A stretch of DNA of 64,000 bases from the NCBI GenBank assembly GCA_951406725.2, contig OX597835.1:992001-1056000 (forward strand), in the 5' to 3' direction. The notes below the pieces were generated by a model that was not told where the DNA came from, searched no databases, and saw nothing but the letters and a program-made list of their open reading frames with translations. A program made the position numbers and the translations under genes. Below are positions 35,408-49,100 of this stretch, piece after piece. Numbering within the stretch: the first letter of the stretch is position 1; the number at the start of each line of letters is the position of its first letter. Source of the DNA: Octopus vulgaris (Eukaryota).

Positions 35408-37063
35408 AACTTTTTCTATTCCTGAGCGTTATACTAATACATCTGTTTGTTTTGTACACCACCTGTCTTTGTCTTTTTCGTAAACTCTCCCTATATATAT
35501 TTATATATTTATTTACTTAATATACAGTATTTTGTCTCCATGGTCACCATTTTAAAAAAGTGTGAGTAAATAAGTTTGCATATAGTTGAGGAGAGGTTGA
35601 GTGTGAAAGATCTCCCTACTTTTTTAAATTGATTGTTATTGTTATTTGCCTGTCCCCATAATCAGCAGCTGAAAAATATCTGGGAACCACAAAGATGGCA
35701 ACTTGCATTTGACTTTTCCTTCTTTATTAGGTTCTTCATTATATATTTTTTTTTTTGCTTTTGTTTGTGGAGAAGAGGGATGGTGACATCTCAAATTGAT
35801 AAAACCAGGACAATTAGCTGAACTGGAGTTTGTTGAGAAGGATGATGAGGCAAGAAATAGAAAAGAAATTTACACTAAAATTGCAAATCAATAAAAATAA
35901 TTTTCTAATTCAAGCAACAAAAGCAGCAATTTTGTGAGGAGGACTGTTCGTCGATACCACTGACCCCTATATTTAACTGGTGATTCATTCTACCAGCCCT
36001 GAAAGGATGAATTGCAAAGGTGACCTTGGTGGGATTTGAACTCAAAATGTGAAAAGCCAGAATGATTAGTGAGGATACTTTATCTGACACTAATGATTCT
36101 ACCAATCCACCTTAGAAAACTGAAAGGAAATTCTTCCTTCCAGATTCAATACATTGACTTGAATTGGAATCCCTACCAAAGATTTCGGATTCTGATTCTG
36201 ACATAATCATTAATTCAGAGTTCCAAGCTTGAAGCTGCTGCCACAACTTTTTTTCCCACCCATGTTAAATAGAAATCTGAAAATTATAATAATTATTTCT
36301 AATTTAGGCCCAAAGCCAGCAGTTTGAGGAGAGGGAATTAGCTGATACCATCAACCCCAGAACTTGGTACTTTATTTCATAAACCTTAAAATGATTAAAG
36401 GCAAAGTTGCCCTTGGCAGTATTTGAACTCAGAATGAAATAATGATTCTGTCAGTTTGTTGCTATTTTGAACATTTTAATAATTCTGCCATTCCAGTTCA
36501 CAAAAATACCAAGTTACAAGTTTAGGGTAAAAAGAAGGGTCAGTTCCACAAAGGATAACTGAGCTACTCAGGGTTTGAGCTCAGAATGTTGAGTAACATC
36601 ACTGAATGCCACATGGCAAAGTATTCGAATGATAATAATAATGGTTTCAAATTTTGGCAGGTCAATTTGAGTAGGTCAATTACATCAACCCCAGTGTTCA
36701 ACTGGTACTTATTTTATTGACCCTAAAAGGATGGAAAGCAAAGATGACCTCGGTGGAATTTGAACTCAGAACATAAAGATGGACAAAATCTCGCTACGCA
36801 TTTTGTCTGGCATTCTAACGAGTCTGCTAAGTTGCTACCTAAATAAATGATTGAGAGGAATGTTTAACAACTGCTTAATAAGATGGAACAATCAGGAGAG
36901 ACTCAGAGTTTGTTGTTCTAGAGGCAGGTTTTTTTGTGTGTGTCTCTGGCTGTTTTTGGATCATCATTAAAGTGGGCAACACAGAACAGAAGCAAATATA
37001 TTCCAAATGTTTGGGGCAAACAATGAATATGTTTGTCTCTCAATCTCTATAAAAAGTAACATT

Positions 37064-37179
37064 TTACTGTGTAGTCTCCAAGTTCAATAACTGAAGGGCT
37101 TCAGATATATAAGAGCTGGTCTCAATGGCTGTTACTATTCCAACAACAAACGCTTTCTCAAGAATCACACTGGCGTGTT
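37064..37179 (-). CDS. INTS1: INTS1 last coding exon
   Basis: EHASVILEKAFVVGIVTAIETSSYISEALQLLNLETTQ-stop (TAA at 37064-37066). Confidence 0.93.
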
Positions 37180-40100
37180 CTGTGGGAGCAGAGGAAAAAG
37201 ACCAAAAGTCAGCAGCAGATAAATACACAGAAATAAAAACAGTTGAAAATCAACATAATTAGATATGATTTAAATAATAATATTCCAGCTTATTTAACTT
37301 AATCCTTTGTGTGTTTTACACTTTACTCCGTAATTGTCCATTGAAACACTGAGGTAGAAATAAAGGTACTGAGTTGCAAACTGGCTTAGACAAAGGATAT
37401 ATACTCTTACTCGTTTCAGTCATTTGACTGTAGCCATGCTGGAGCAACACCTTTAGTTGAGCAAATCGACCCCAGGACTTATTCTTTGTAAGCCTCATAC
37501 TTATTCTATCGGTCTCTTTTGCCGAACTGCTAAGTTAAAGGGACGTAAGCACACCAGCATCGGTTGTCAAGCGATGTTGTGGGGGATAAACACATACACA
37601 TATATATATACATATATACGATGGGCTTCTTTCAGTTTCCGTCTACCAAATCCACTCACAAGGCTTTGGTCGGCCCGAGGCTATAGCAGAAGGCACTTGC
37701 CCAAGGTGCCACGCAGTGGGACTGAACCCGAAGCCATGTGGTTGGTAAGCAAGCTACTTACCACACAGCCACTCCTACGCCTTTATGTAGAAATTGGATT
37801 AACTTTTTGGAAGAAAGTTATATCAACAATGAAGCCAGTGATCAGCCTTAGTGCATTACTGGTACATGACTCACCTGTCAGTCTCTTTTCCTCCCACTCC
37901 AGGAAGAAAAAAAAAAAAAAAAGGTAAAACGTGATTAATAATAAGATTTGAACTTGACTTGCTAGAAGTATCAGCGTGCCCCAGCATGGCCACAGCTCAT
38001 AAGCTGAAACTAGAATCAATCAATCAATATCTCTTTCAAATCATAGCCTATTAAAAAAAAACACAGAAGGATATATTAGACAATGTAAACGAAAAGGCAC
38101 TCGAACATATCCATCAGTCCACCATTCTAGACTAGTATTTTAGTTATCAACACTGGAAGGAGAAAAGGCAAAGCTAACCTCGGAGGGATTTGAAGTCAGA
38201 ACCAAGAGAGTCTGATGCTCTTAAACTCTGCCAATTTACTAAACAGAACATGGAGCAGTGAAGGCTGACAGTGAATACTATTGAGCTCAATTCTTGTTTT
38301 CCATTCTATTCCATGAAGTTATCTTCACTGATTCGGAACTGAAAAATATTTGCTGCTATGAGACAACAAAAGGACATAGTCCCTTGACCTACTAAACATA
38401 ATAGTGAAATTCTCCTTCCAACCACACCCAATTGTCTTAACAAAAGAAGTGACAGGCAATGTCAGAATGTCTTAGATATACCAAAAGATGGGAATGGCTC
38501 CAAGTGAAATATCTTTAATTACTGGCTTGCTGAATCAGGACAGACCTGGCATTAATGACCTGCAGCCATAGCAGAAGTAGCTTGGAAGAAATTAAATGCA
38601 CAAATGTTGATGAAACACACAGAAAAGCAAATATTAACTTTACCTTGACACAGTGCCACAAATTCCGCTAAATTCCTCAGAGCACTTATCACAATATCTG
38701 GACTGTCATCACCAAGACACTGAACTAACACAGGTACATATTGGGAACCGTTCCTGTACAAAAAAAGGGGAGGGAGGGAGAAATAAGTATCAAAGAATAT
38801 AAAGGTGTTGTGAGACAGGTAAAATATAAGTGGGGTAATGGAGTGACAGTGATGAAAAATTGTGAAATTTGGGGAGGTAAAAAGAGTCTTAAGTGAGAGG
38901 AGAGTGGGGTTGGATGATAAAAAGGGGTTAAGAAAATGGCAGGGACAATTTCAAGATTGGTAGGGATTTCAGTATTGAGGGATGAGACCTCAGAGAGGTG
39001 TATCTTGTTGTGGAAGAGATTCATGGATAACCTGGTTGAAAAAGAGAAAGTGAGAGATGGTGGTAGTGATGGGACTGAGAACAAAGCCTTGGTGAACTTG
39101 TGCACTAAATTCATCACTGTGTTCATGGTTAACATTTACCTCACAGCTCTCCTCAACGTGGTCTGTACAGCTTTTACAACCCATTCATCTATCCCGAGCT
39201 TCTTGTAACTCTCTGATTCTTAAAATAACTTTCAAAACTCGTAAGTTTAGCAATATTCTCCCCCATTTCATAATCCATGTGTCACCCCTGTGGTCTCTCC
39301 ACGATTTCCCCATGTGTCACCCCAGTGGTCTCTCCACGATTACCCCATGTGTCACCCCAGTGGTCTCTCCACGATTACCCCAGTGATCTCTCCCTCTCCT
39401 TGTTTTATTACTCATGTCTTATACTTGCCATGATTTCTCCAGCGATAAATTCTTCCCGCTCTCTCTCTGCCCCACTAGCGTCTATTTTGGCTGCTATTTC
39501 TCGAAGTGAATCCGGCCTTTTACTTGACCACTTCTGCTTGTTCCACTGCAGAGACACTATTATCCCATGCAAAATGACCAGCTAAGCTAAGAAAATTTCT
39601 CCAGTTTTAATCGCTCTTTCATTCATTTAACTTGTAATACTAAACATGCTGTAATTTGATTTAAAATAACTTCCAAAATTCGTAATTCTTTAATTTATCA
39701 AGATACAGAAATGTTGGCCCTCTCATTTTGGCAATAATTGAGAGAGTGCAGCTGTACTGAAACATAACCAGCAATCGTATGAGTGTGATAAACCTGTTAA
39801 GAAAGACACTCGTTATTTATGTTAAATAAATGGTGAGAGATAAAGCTGAGGAGAAAGACAGAGAGAAAGAAGAATGGGGGGTGAGGTGGGAGGAGGGAGA
39901 CTATCAGCCGAGAATAACAAAGATTACTGGTGTCAAAACTGCTAGATTACAGACTATCAGAATGGGATTCATTTACAATAATGAATACTTACACACACAT
40001 AAATATACCTATACAATGCCTATAGTTTGTCCATAAATTGTATAGGTATATTTATGTGTGTGTATATAGCTACACACACACATTTACTTGTGTTTGTGCA

Positions 40101-43100
40101 CCTGATGGCATGTAAACAGCACACCTGGAACCTTCCCTCCATCAGATCTGTAGCTCACAGTGGATTGTGAAACTACATACTGGCATGCATGAGTATATCA
40201 TTTCATGTACATGTATGCTCATGTAGATTTGTTCATAAGCATGTTTGCATGGCTCAATGGTTAAAGTGTTGAGTTCACAATCATGAGGTTGTGAGTTCAA
40301 ATCCTGGACTGGGCTGTGTTGTGTTCTTGAGCAAGACACTTTATTTCATGTTGCTCCAGTTCACTCAACCTGTAGAAATGAGTTGCAGCCCATTGGTGCC
40401 AAGCTGCACCAGTCTTTTGCCTTTCCCCTGCATGGACGACTGCTGGTCTTCCATAAACAAACCTGCCCAGGCTTGTGCATCAGAGGGTAACTTTTCAAGG
40501 TGCAATCCCATGGTCATTCATGATTGAAGGCGATCTTTACCCTTTATACATGTGTGTATAAAATACTCAACATCATAGACATCTAAAGTAAATGGTGGGG
40601 TATCAGTGGTACCCTGGAGTATTCTCTGGGCCCTGGGTTTTCAGTTTGTAAGTTGTTATGGAAATAGTTTTGTGACATCTATTTTTACTCGAAAGCAAGA
40701 ACCAGAAGTCTGCATGTTGATCTTTTTAATGGCATTGATTCTCCAGCTTCCAGTGCGACCTGTCTGCAAGTCAACCACAAATACCTACTTTGGCAACCCC
40801 AAACGAAGGGTGTGACCTATCCACGAGTATATACAGTTATGTGTGTGTGTGTGTAATTATAATATACCCATATGACTGCTCTTGGGTGGTTCAAAAAGTG
40901 ATTAAGATGCTGATTTGGATTATGAAAAGGCTTGAAAAGAATTGTGCTTTGATCTAACACATAGGCAGTTAACTACTTTATGGTTGTCATAAAATGTAAT
41001 AGACAAACATTTTTTTAAATGCTTCATAAGTTTCCACTCGGTCCCATTAAAGCTAGTATTATTAGAATTATGTATAATGAGAAAAGCATTGTCCCTATAA
41101 AGACTGCCTTCTAGCTTCTAAAAATCACCCTTAATATCATATCATATTATATATATATATACACATCCCTATACAATCTGTAACTTGGCAGAGTTGTTAG
41201 AGTTCATGGTGATATCAAAACAATTCTGCCTACTCTTTCTAATCCAAAACTTATTAAATTTAACAATAGTTCTCATAGCTGCTAAAATAATATCTATGTC
41301 TTTTAAGGTTAAATCAGAATTCTTCAAGACATGCATCTTAGCCTCCCTCTCATCCATCCTGTCTTTTTACCCTTGTCTACTGTATCATTATTACTATTAT
41401 TATTATGTTGCTCTTCCCCACCCAACTCTCATTTCTGCACTGTCAGTAATCCCTCCTCTACTTCCTCTAACCTCTGGGTTCTCAACCATTTTTTTTTTTA
41501 TCTCTGGATCCCCTTTGATTACTATGTTATTCAGATGCCCCCCCCCCCCATTTAAGTCCAAAATCTTAGGACAGCACACTGGACTGACATAAAGTCTTGC
41601 TCTTAGTCACAATTTGAAAGAGAGAGAGAGAGAAATTAACCCTTTCGTTACCAACCCGGCTGAAACCGGCTCTGGCTCTGTAGTACAAATGCCTTGTTTT
41701 CATAAGTTTTGAATTAAAATCTTCCACCAAACCTTAGTCACAATTTATGTTCCTAACACTAGCTGAATGATAACTAAGTTATTTCATGAAATTCTTTGTT
41801 ATATTTAATGTAATTGAAAGAAACACAGAACCCCTCAAAATAAATTCAGTAACGAAAGGGTTAAGAAACTAGAATCTTTTTCTTACGAAGGGTTCTGACG
41901 GATACTTCTCATCACCATGGTATAGGCATAACTGCGACACTCATCATTTAGGTCAGCCATCAGTCTCTTCAAATCAGCCTGGTAAAGAGAACAATCAAAT
42001 TTTCATCATAATAATAATAATTCTTTCTACGATAGGCAGAAGGCTTGAAACTTTTTGGGGAGGGGACCAGTCAATTACATCAACCCCAGTGCATAACTGG
42101 TACTTAATTTATGGAACCCTGAAAGGATGAAAAGCAAAGCTGATCCAGGCAGCATTTGAACTTAGAATGTGAAGTGGCTAAACACAGAGAGGACAAACAA
42201 GGACAGAAAAATGGATTAAGTCGATTACATCGACCCCAGTGCGTAACTGGTACTTATTTAATCGACCCTGAAAGGACAATAGGCAAAGTCGACCTCGGCG
42301 GAATTTGAACTCAGAACGCTAAGCATTTCACCCGGCATGCTTATAGTTTCAAATTTTGTCACAAGGCAGCAATTTTGGGGGAGGGGATGAGTCAATTCCA
42401 CTGACCCCAGTACGCAACTGGTATATATTTTATTGATCCTGAAAGGATGAAAGGCAAAGTTTGACCTCAGTGGAATTTGAACTCAGAACGGAGTGATGAG
42501 TGAAATACAGCTCAGCATTTTGTCCAACGTGCTAACCATCCCGCCATCTGAATCCTCATTATTTAACATGTTTTCCATGCTGGCATGGGTTAGAGGGTTT
42601 GGCTGAGGATTGGTAAGCTGGGGTGCTGCAGCACCAGATTCCAATCTGATTTGGCAAGGTTTCTACAGCTGGATGCTCATCCTGTTGCCAACCAGTCTGA
42701 GTGTGTAGTGTGTGGTCTTTATGTGCCACTGACTTGACACCAGCATCAGCCACAACTATAGTCTCACTTTGCTCGACAGGTATACACAAACATGGTGTAT
42801 CACCAAAAGTCTCAATCACCTGTCACTGCCTCCATGAGGCCCAATGCTTGAATGGTGGTTTTTACATGCCACCAACACAGGGGCCAGGCAGACAGCACTT
42901 GCATCAGCCACAATTATGATTTCACTTGGTTTAACAGGTTTTCACAAGCACAGCATATCGCCCTACGTTTGAAGGGTGCTTTTTTTGTGCCAGTTACGCG
43001 ACGCTGGCATCAGCCACAACCACGATCTCACTTGGCTTCACAGGTCTTCTCAAGCATGGCATATCGCTAAAAGTCTTGGTTGCTTGTCATTGCCTCCACG

Positions 43101-46100
43101 AGGCCCAAGATTCGAAGATCATGCTTCACTACCTCGTCCCATGTCTTCTTGGGTCTACCTCTTCCACAGGCTCCCTCCACCATCAGAGTGCAATACATCT
43201 TCATACAGTTATCCTTGTCCAGGCACATCACACGACCATTCCAATCCAGTTGTCTCTCTTGCTCACCACATCTGATGCCTCTTATGCCCAACTTTTCTCT
43301 CAGGATCCTTACACTCTGTCGTGCATGCACACTGACATTGCACATCCAGCGAAGCATACTGGCTTCATTCCTTGCAAGCTTACACTTGTTCTCAGCAGTC
43401 ACAGCCCATGTTTCACTGCCATGTAGCATGGCTGTTCACACACATGCAGCATACTGTCTGCCTGTCACTCTCAGTGAGAGGCAGGAGCTCTCTGAACTTT
43501 GCCCAGCCTATTCTTATTCAAGCAGCTACATCCACCCCTGCTACTGACTTGGTCACCTGACCATCCACCCCTGCTACTGACTTGGTCACCTGACCATTCA
43601 CCCCTGCTACTGACTTGGTCACCTAGATGATGGAAGCTATTGATTACTAGTTTTGCCCCTGGCATGAGATGGAATCAAACTGTCCAACCCATGCCAGCAT
43701 AGGAAACGGACGTTAGACAACGATGATGATGATGATGATGATGAATAAGTTGGGTTGAGTTTAATGTGAATCCATCCTCTTCATTGGGAGAAATATTTGG
43801 TTTGAAATTTACCAAAAAATTAGCAGAAGAATATCGAAAGGAACAATTTCCAACAGTGAGGGGTGCAGTCGATATCTGGCTGCATTTTGTGTTGATATAG
43901 TAAGTCATCATCATCATCGTTTAATATCTGCTTTCCATGCTGGCATGGGTTGGACGGTTTCACAGAAGCTGACCAGTTCAGGCTCCATCTCTGTTTTGGC
44001 AAGGTTTCTATGGCTGGACGCCCTTCCTAATGCCAAAATATGTATGAGAATATATTTTACACTTACTATTATACGTAGTCTGTATTTGACTGTTAGCAAT
44101 TATAACATGGAATTCCTGTGTGAATATATTTGACAAAACTAATTCCATCTCCAAACATCCAATCCATGCAAATATGGATTTGAAATGGATTTGAAAGAAG
44201 ATGATACGGATGCTGTTTCAATATATTTCACATCATTAACTGTTATATTTGTAGCAATAATAAATAAATGATAAATGAATGTGGCCGTTGCCAGTGCCAC
44301 CAAACTGACCCTCATGTGCCGGTGGCACGTAAAAAGCACCCACTACACTCTCGGAGTGGTTGGCGTTAGGAAGGGCATCCAGCTGTAGAAACCCTGCCAG
44401 ACCAGATTGGAGTCTGGTTCGCCAGACCTCAGTCAAATCGTCCAACCCATGCTAGCATGGAAAGTGGACATTAAATGATGATGATGATGAATAAAAATAT
44501 AAAAGCAATAAGGAAATGAAATTAGAATAATGTTCTGTTACCTGGAAATTGTCCAAGATGTTAACTTTTCTCTTCGACGCTTCATCTAAATCTTGAAGAA
44601 CTCCTAAAATTTCTGTAGAAAAAAATTTAATAATTCAATGAATGGCCAAAACAGGCAGAACTTTAATTATTTGATATTATCAGCAATTAATTTGCAAATA
44701 AAGGGTTCAATATGTAAAAACTACAGTCAATGATATGTTATCAACAACGAAAATCGTTTTACTACCCACAAATTCATAATCAGAGTTTTACATTCAATCC
44801 TGGTATTTGGCATATTGAGAAAGTGTTTTCTACTAAAGACCTGAGCAAAATTTGGTAGAAACTTGTGTGTGTATGTATGAGAGGGAGAAAGAGAGAGAAC
44901 TGCATTCCAGAAGTTTCGAGACAGGAGAGACAGTTATAATTGTCTGCGATTATTGTAATTTTAGTACATCGTTATTATATATTTAATAAGCTAACCTGCC
45001 AACTTTTGTTATTCTAGATTGAAGGAGATGACTGTAACAGCTCTTTGAAGACACTGCTTGTTACAGCTAACTTGTTTGGGGGAGGAAGTGAGAGATGACG
45101 AAAACCTCGGGAGGGAAAGGACATTCGGAAGAACACAGAACTCGTTTAGAAAATTCACAATTTTCTGGGTGAAGACTACACTGAATCCCTCACCCTACTG
45201 ACAGCATCCCTCCCTGTACATGGTTTGTGTCCTTAGTTTCTGCAATGACCACCAAAGAAGAGAGGGGGAGGGGGTGTTTGCCGAAGGCTTGTTCCATGTC
45301 AACAAAAGACAAGGGGATTTTCTTTGGCTAGACTTCTCCTGCAGCTGCCTTACCAGAAATATAGCATTGGTGGTGCTTCTCCCTGGCACAAAACCAAACA
45401 GTATTTCATCTACACTAACTCTCTTCCTGACTAGTTGGGCTACGATCCTCTCTCTAACCTTCAACACCTGGTCCAACAATTTGATACCTCTATAATTATG
45501 GCTTTATCTACCAAATTGATAGCAATTAAAACAGGTCATGAAACAAAAGATAATTTATGAAAAATGCTGAACATCTGCCAAACATGAAACAAAATTGTTC
45601 ATGCATGATGGATACTTAAGGAAGAGAGAGATGAATCAGAAATGTTCCATAAAATCCCTCTCTGTGTAAAGGAGATGATGCTGATAACAATGACTGTTTC
45701 TCATTTAAGGGATTGGGGCCAGATCTGTTATATCCTGGAAGGATAAATGGCGAAGTTGACTGGCAGGATTTGAACTCAGAACATGTACTAGAAGAAATAT
45801 AAAAACAGCAGTTTGTCCAATGTTCTAATGATTCAGCCAAAAAGGTGGGATTTCATTTGATAAATAAAAAATCTCGAGTTTGGTTGTTGACCTGGCAAGA
45901 TGGGAGAATGTTGGTCTCTTAATGGCAGGAATTGCAACTGACATAGGTAAAATTTTGTTGTTAGAAAGGTAAAAGGGAGTGGGGTCATTAAGAGGGTTAA
46001 CATTTATTTAGCGAGGAGTCCAATGCCAGAGGATAATTTTAAGGTTAGAAAGGTAAAAGGGTGATTACCAGCTTTGGGAGAGTCTTTGGAAAGTCTGGCA

Positions 46101-49100
46101 AAGAACGGTGCCAACTGATTGAAGCTCCACAGGGAGTTTGTTTGCATATTCACAAGAGGTGGTGTGACTGAAGTTTCAGTCTCATCAGCCTCTCCAGTAC
46201 CCTTGGTCAGTTGTCGAGGCAGAGAAAGTCCGGCCAAGAGAGACTTCAGGACAGATAAGTCTGGATAATAGTTTGACACAACACTGAAAACAAAACAGAA
46301 TAAAAATTTATATAAGGGAAAAAAAGCATAAAATATCAGAAATCAATTTAAATTCCTCTTCCTTGATTTTCCTTAATTCATATTAATGATTTTTCTTCTC
46401 ATTACACAGAATCTCAATTGATTAAAAGTTCTTTGTCAACTTTACTATATCTATGTTCTTCATACAGAAGACATCTCTTGGACATTTTCCCAATTTCCAA
46501 TGATTATTCCTGCTACTACATAGTCATCATCATCATCATCATCATCATCATTATTATTATTATTATTTATACGAAACATTTTGTTTTCCCTGTTAGCAAA
46601 CCTCTGAGCAATGCACCTTCACTGTCAAGTTAGTGAAGGTTTGACAGGAGCTGCACCAGGCTCCAGCCGTCTGTTTTGGCAAGGTTACTAGGCTTGGATG
46701 CCAACTGCTTTACAGGAGCATACCAGGGGCTTTTTACATGATTATGACATTCTCTTGCAATTGTATGGTTTAAGGTTACACCTTGCTCTATGGTACCTTG
46801 GCCAGGTATCTTCTACTATAGCCCGAGGCTGACCAATATCATGTGAGTAACACTTAATACATGGAAACTGTACATAAGAGTTCGGAAAGAAAAAAAAAGG
46901 AAGGGGGGGGGCACATGGAAATCTTTCTATCATGATTGACCTTACCCTAAAAAAACAGTTATTAAGTCTTCAGTAATGTTATTACAACCTGAGGTTCCTT
47001 GAGAACTTATTGTAGACAACTATTGATTATTCATTGCTATTTCATCTACTAGTGCACAATATATGCAATGTTGTATGAGCCTTAATTGAGAAGCATATCA
47101 AAGACCTTCTAACTATGATCACCCAACTGCATTTTTAAGACAAAATATATTTAGAACTATATTATCGAAGTTTTTTTAATTTTTTCTTAAGATGATAGGT
47201 AGGGATGTGGAGGGAGATTTGGCTACTATTTTTAAAAGGTTGAATAACTTCATGGAGGCCCCCTCATTAGCTTGTTGTGTGTATAATTGCTTTACTCCAG
47301 GTCAGACCTATGCTTCAAGACATTTCAGAGCTAGATTTGTATTTTAAAACAGTAGTGGGACTTGAAAAAGATTTAACTGTTATTGGTCAAGCAATCATTT
47401 GAGAGTCCCTTCTTGGTTTAATATGTGTGACATTACACGATCCTGCACTGGTGACACAACAGAAACACATCTCCAAACATCAACAATGAAACAGGTATTA
47501 GTACTCAAGCACGAAAGGGTGCCTCTACAGGGTCACCTTGAAAATAATAGCAGCCAAATCTTACTCATGCAACACCATACTGTCTTAAAAAAAATATAGA
47601 TTGAATAATGTATTCATAAATACAATATGCCTGAAAAAGAAGTGGAACATTTTTGATCATAGTTCTAATAGAACTAAATAACGACAACCATATCTTTTAT
47701 GAATGTGCCAACGATATGCCTCTATTTCCATCAAATCACACAAAAAAATGAAGAACACATTAGATAAATGTAATTCTAAGAATCTCTAAAAGATTAAAAA
47801 CTGGTCAGCAGACAGTCTTGGTTGGAGATCTACTCAACCAGGACTGACCAGCGGCCAAACGACCATCAATAAATTAATAAATTTGTTACTTATCTGGATC
47901 TTGATTATTTTCAAATTGGATTGCTAGATACGGACAATGTATTTTGTTAGTAAACTACGGCTAAACGAAACCGATACAGACGCGTAAGGTGAATACTGAC
48001 CTGAGAAGTTCAATATATTTCTGCAGAATATGAACAGCTCTGTTTGGTTCATGAAGCACAAATCTTTGTAGAAACTGGATGAACTTGACAATAATAGAAG
48101 ATAAATTCTTGTACTCTTGGCCATGGTTCTATAAATATAATAAAATAGAATGAGATGAAGAATGCAGTGTATTTCAAATAAGTTAGACATTTTTGGAAGG
48201 TAGTGGCAAGAGTTCTGGTGTTCTTTGCTATGGTTCTCTGGATATGACCAGGTTAAATATCCATCTTTTGCATCATGCCTCTCTATCGCTTGCCTCTCTA
48301 TCACAAGAATAAACTGTGTATGTGTGTGTGTGTATCATATTGTATCCTCATTGTCATTTAATGCCTACTTTCCATGCTGATGTGGGGGTGGAGGTTCAGC
48401 AGGATCTGACTCTCCAGAGGATGGCATTGAGCCCAATATCTGCTTTGACTAGGTTACTTTGGTTGGATGCCCTTCCTAATGCTTACATCTTTACAAAAAT
48501 GTACTGGGTGCTTTTTACATCTTCCATCCCTCTGGAGTTGATAAAATAAAGTACTAATTAAGTACTAGGATGATGGTATACACACACACACAACCATAAA
48601 ATCCTCATAGTTTCAGCTCACCTTGATGAGAGAGAAATAGGCTTCCAAGACGTCATCCAGTGCCGTGTGCTCCTTGCGGAATATGTGTGGCTCAAGAAAC
48701 TCCAACAAACCAAGGACATATGAGAAGAGAAGCAGATAATTACGACTTCTCATTTCTCCAATCGTGAAATGAGTTTTACCCTGGAGGAGTGCAGCAATGA
48801 GGGGCAGTTGCCTGGAAAAAGGAGACAAAAACATGTGTTACATACAAGGAAGATGGTATACAAGAAGGAAAAAAACCAAACGACCAATAAGCAAAGAAGA
48901 AAGAAGATAATATTCAAACAATCTTTAGGTCAATCTTGACCAAGCTGACATTTGAACTGACATTCCAGTTGTCCCCCTATTCTGTTTTTTTTTTCTCTGT
49001 GTGTTATTAAGGATACATTAACCAATGTGTACTTACTTTTATTGTTATTTAAAGCCCAATTTTGTTTGTGTCTAGACCAGATAGAACTATAATTAAAATA

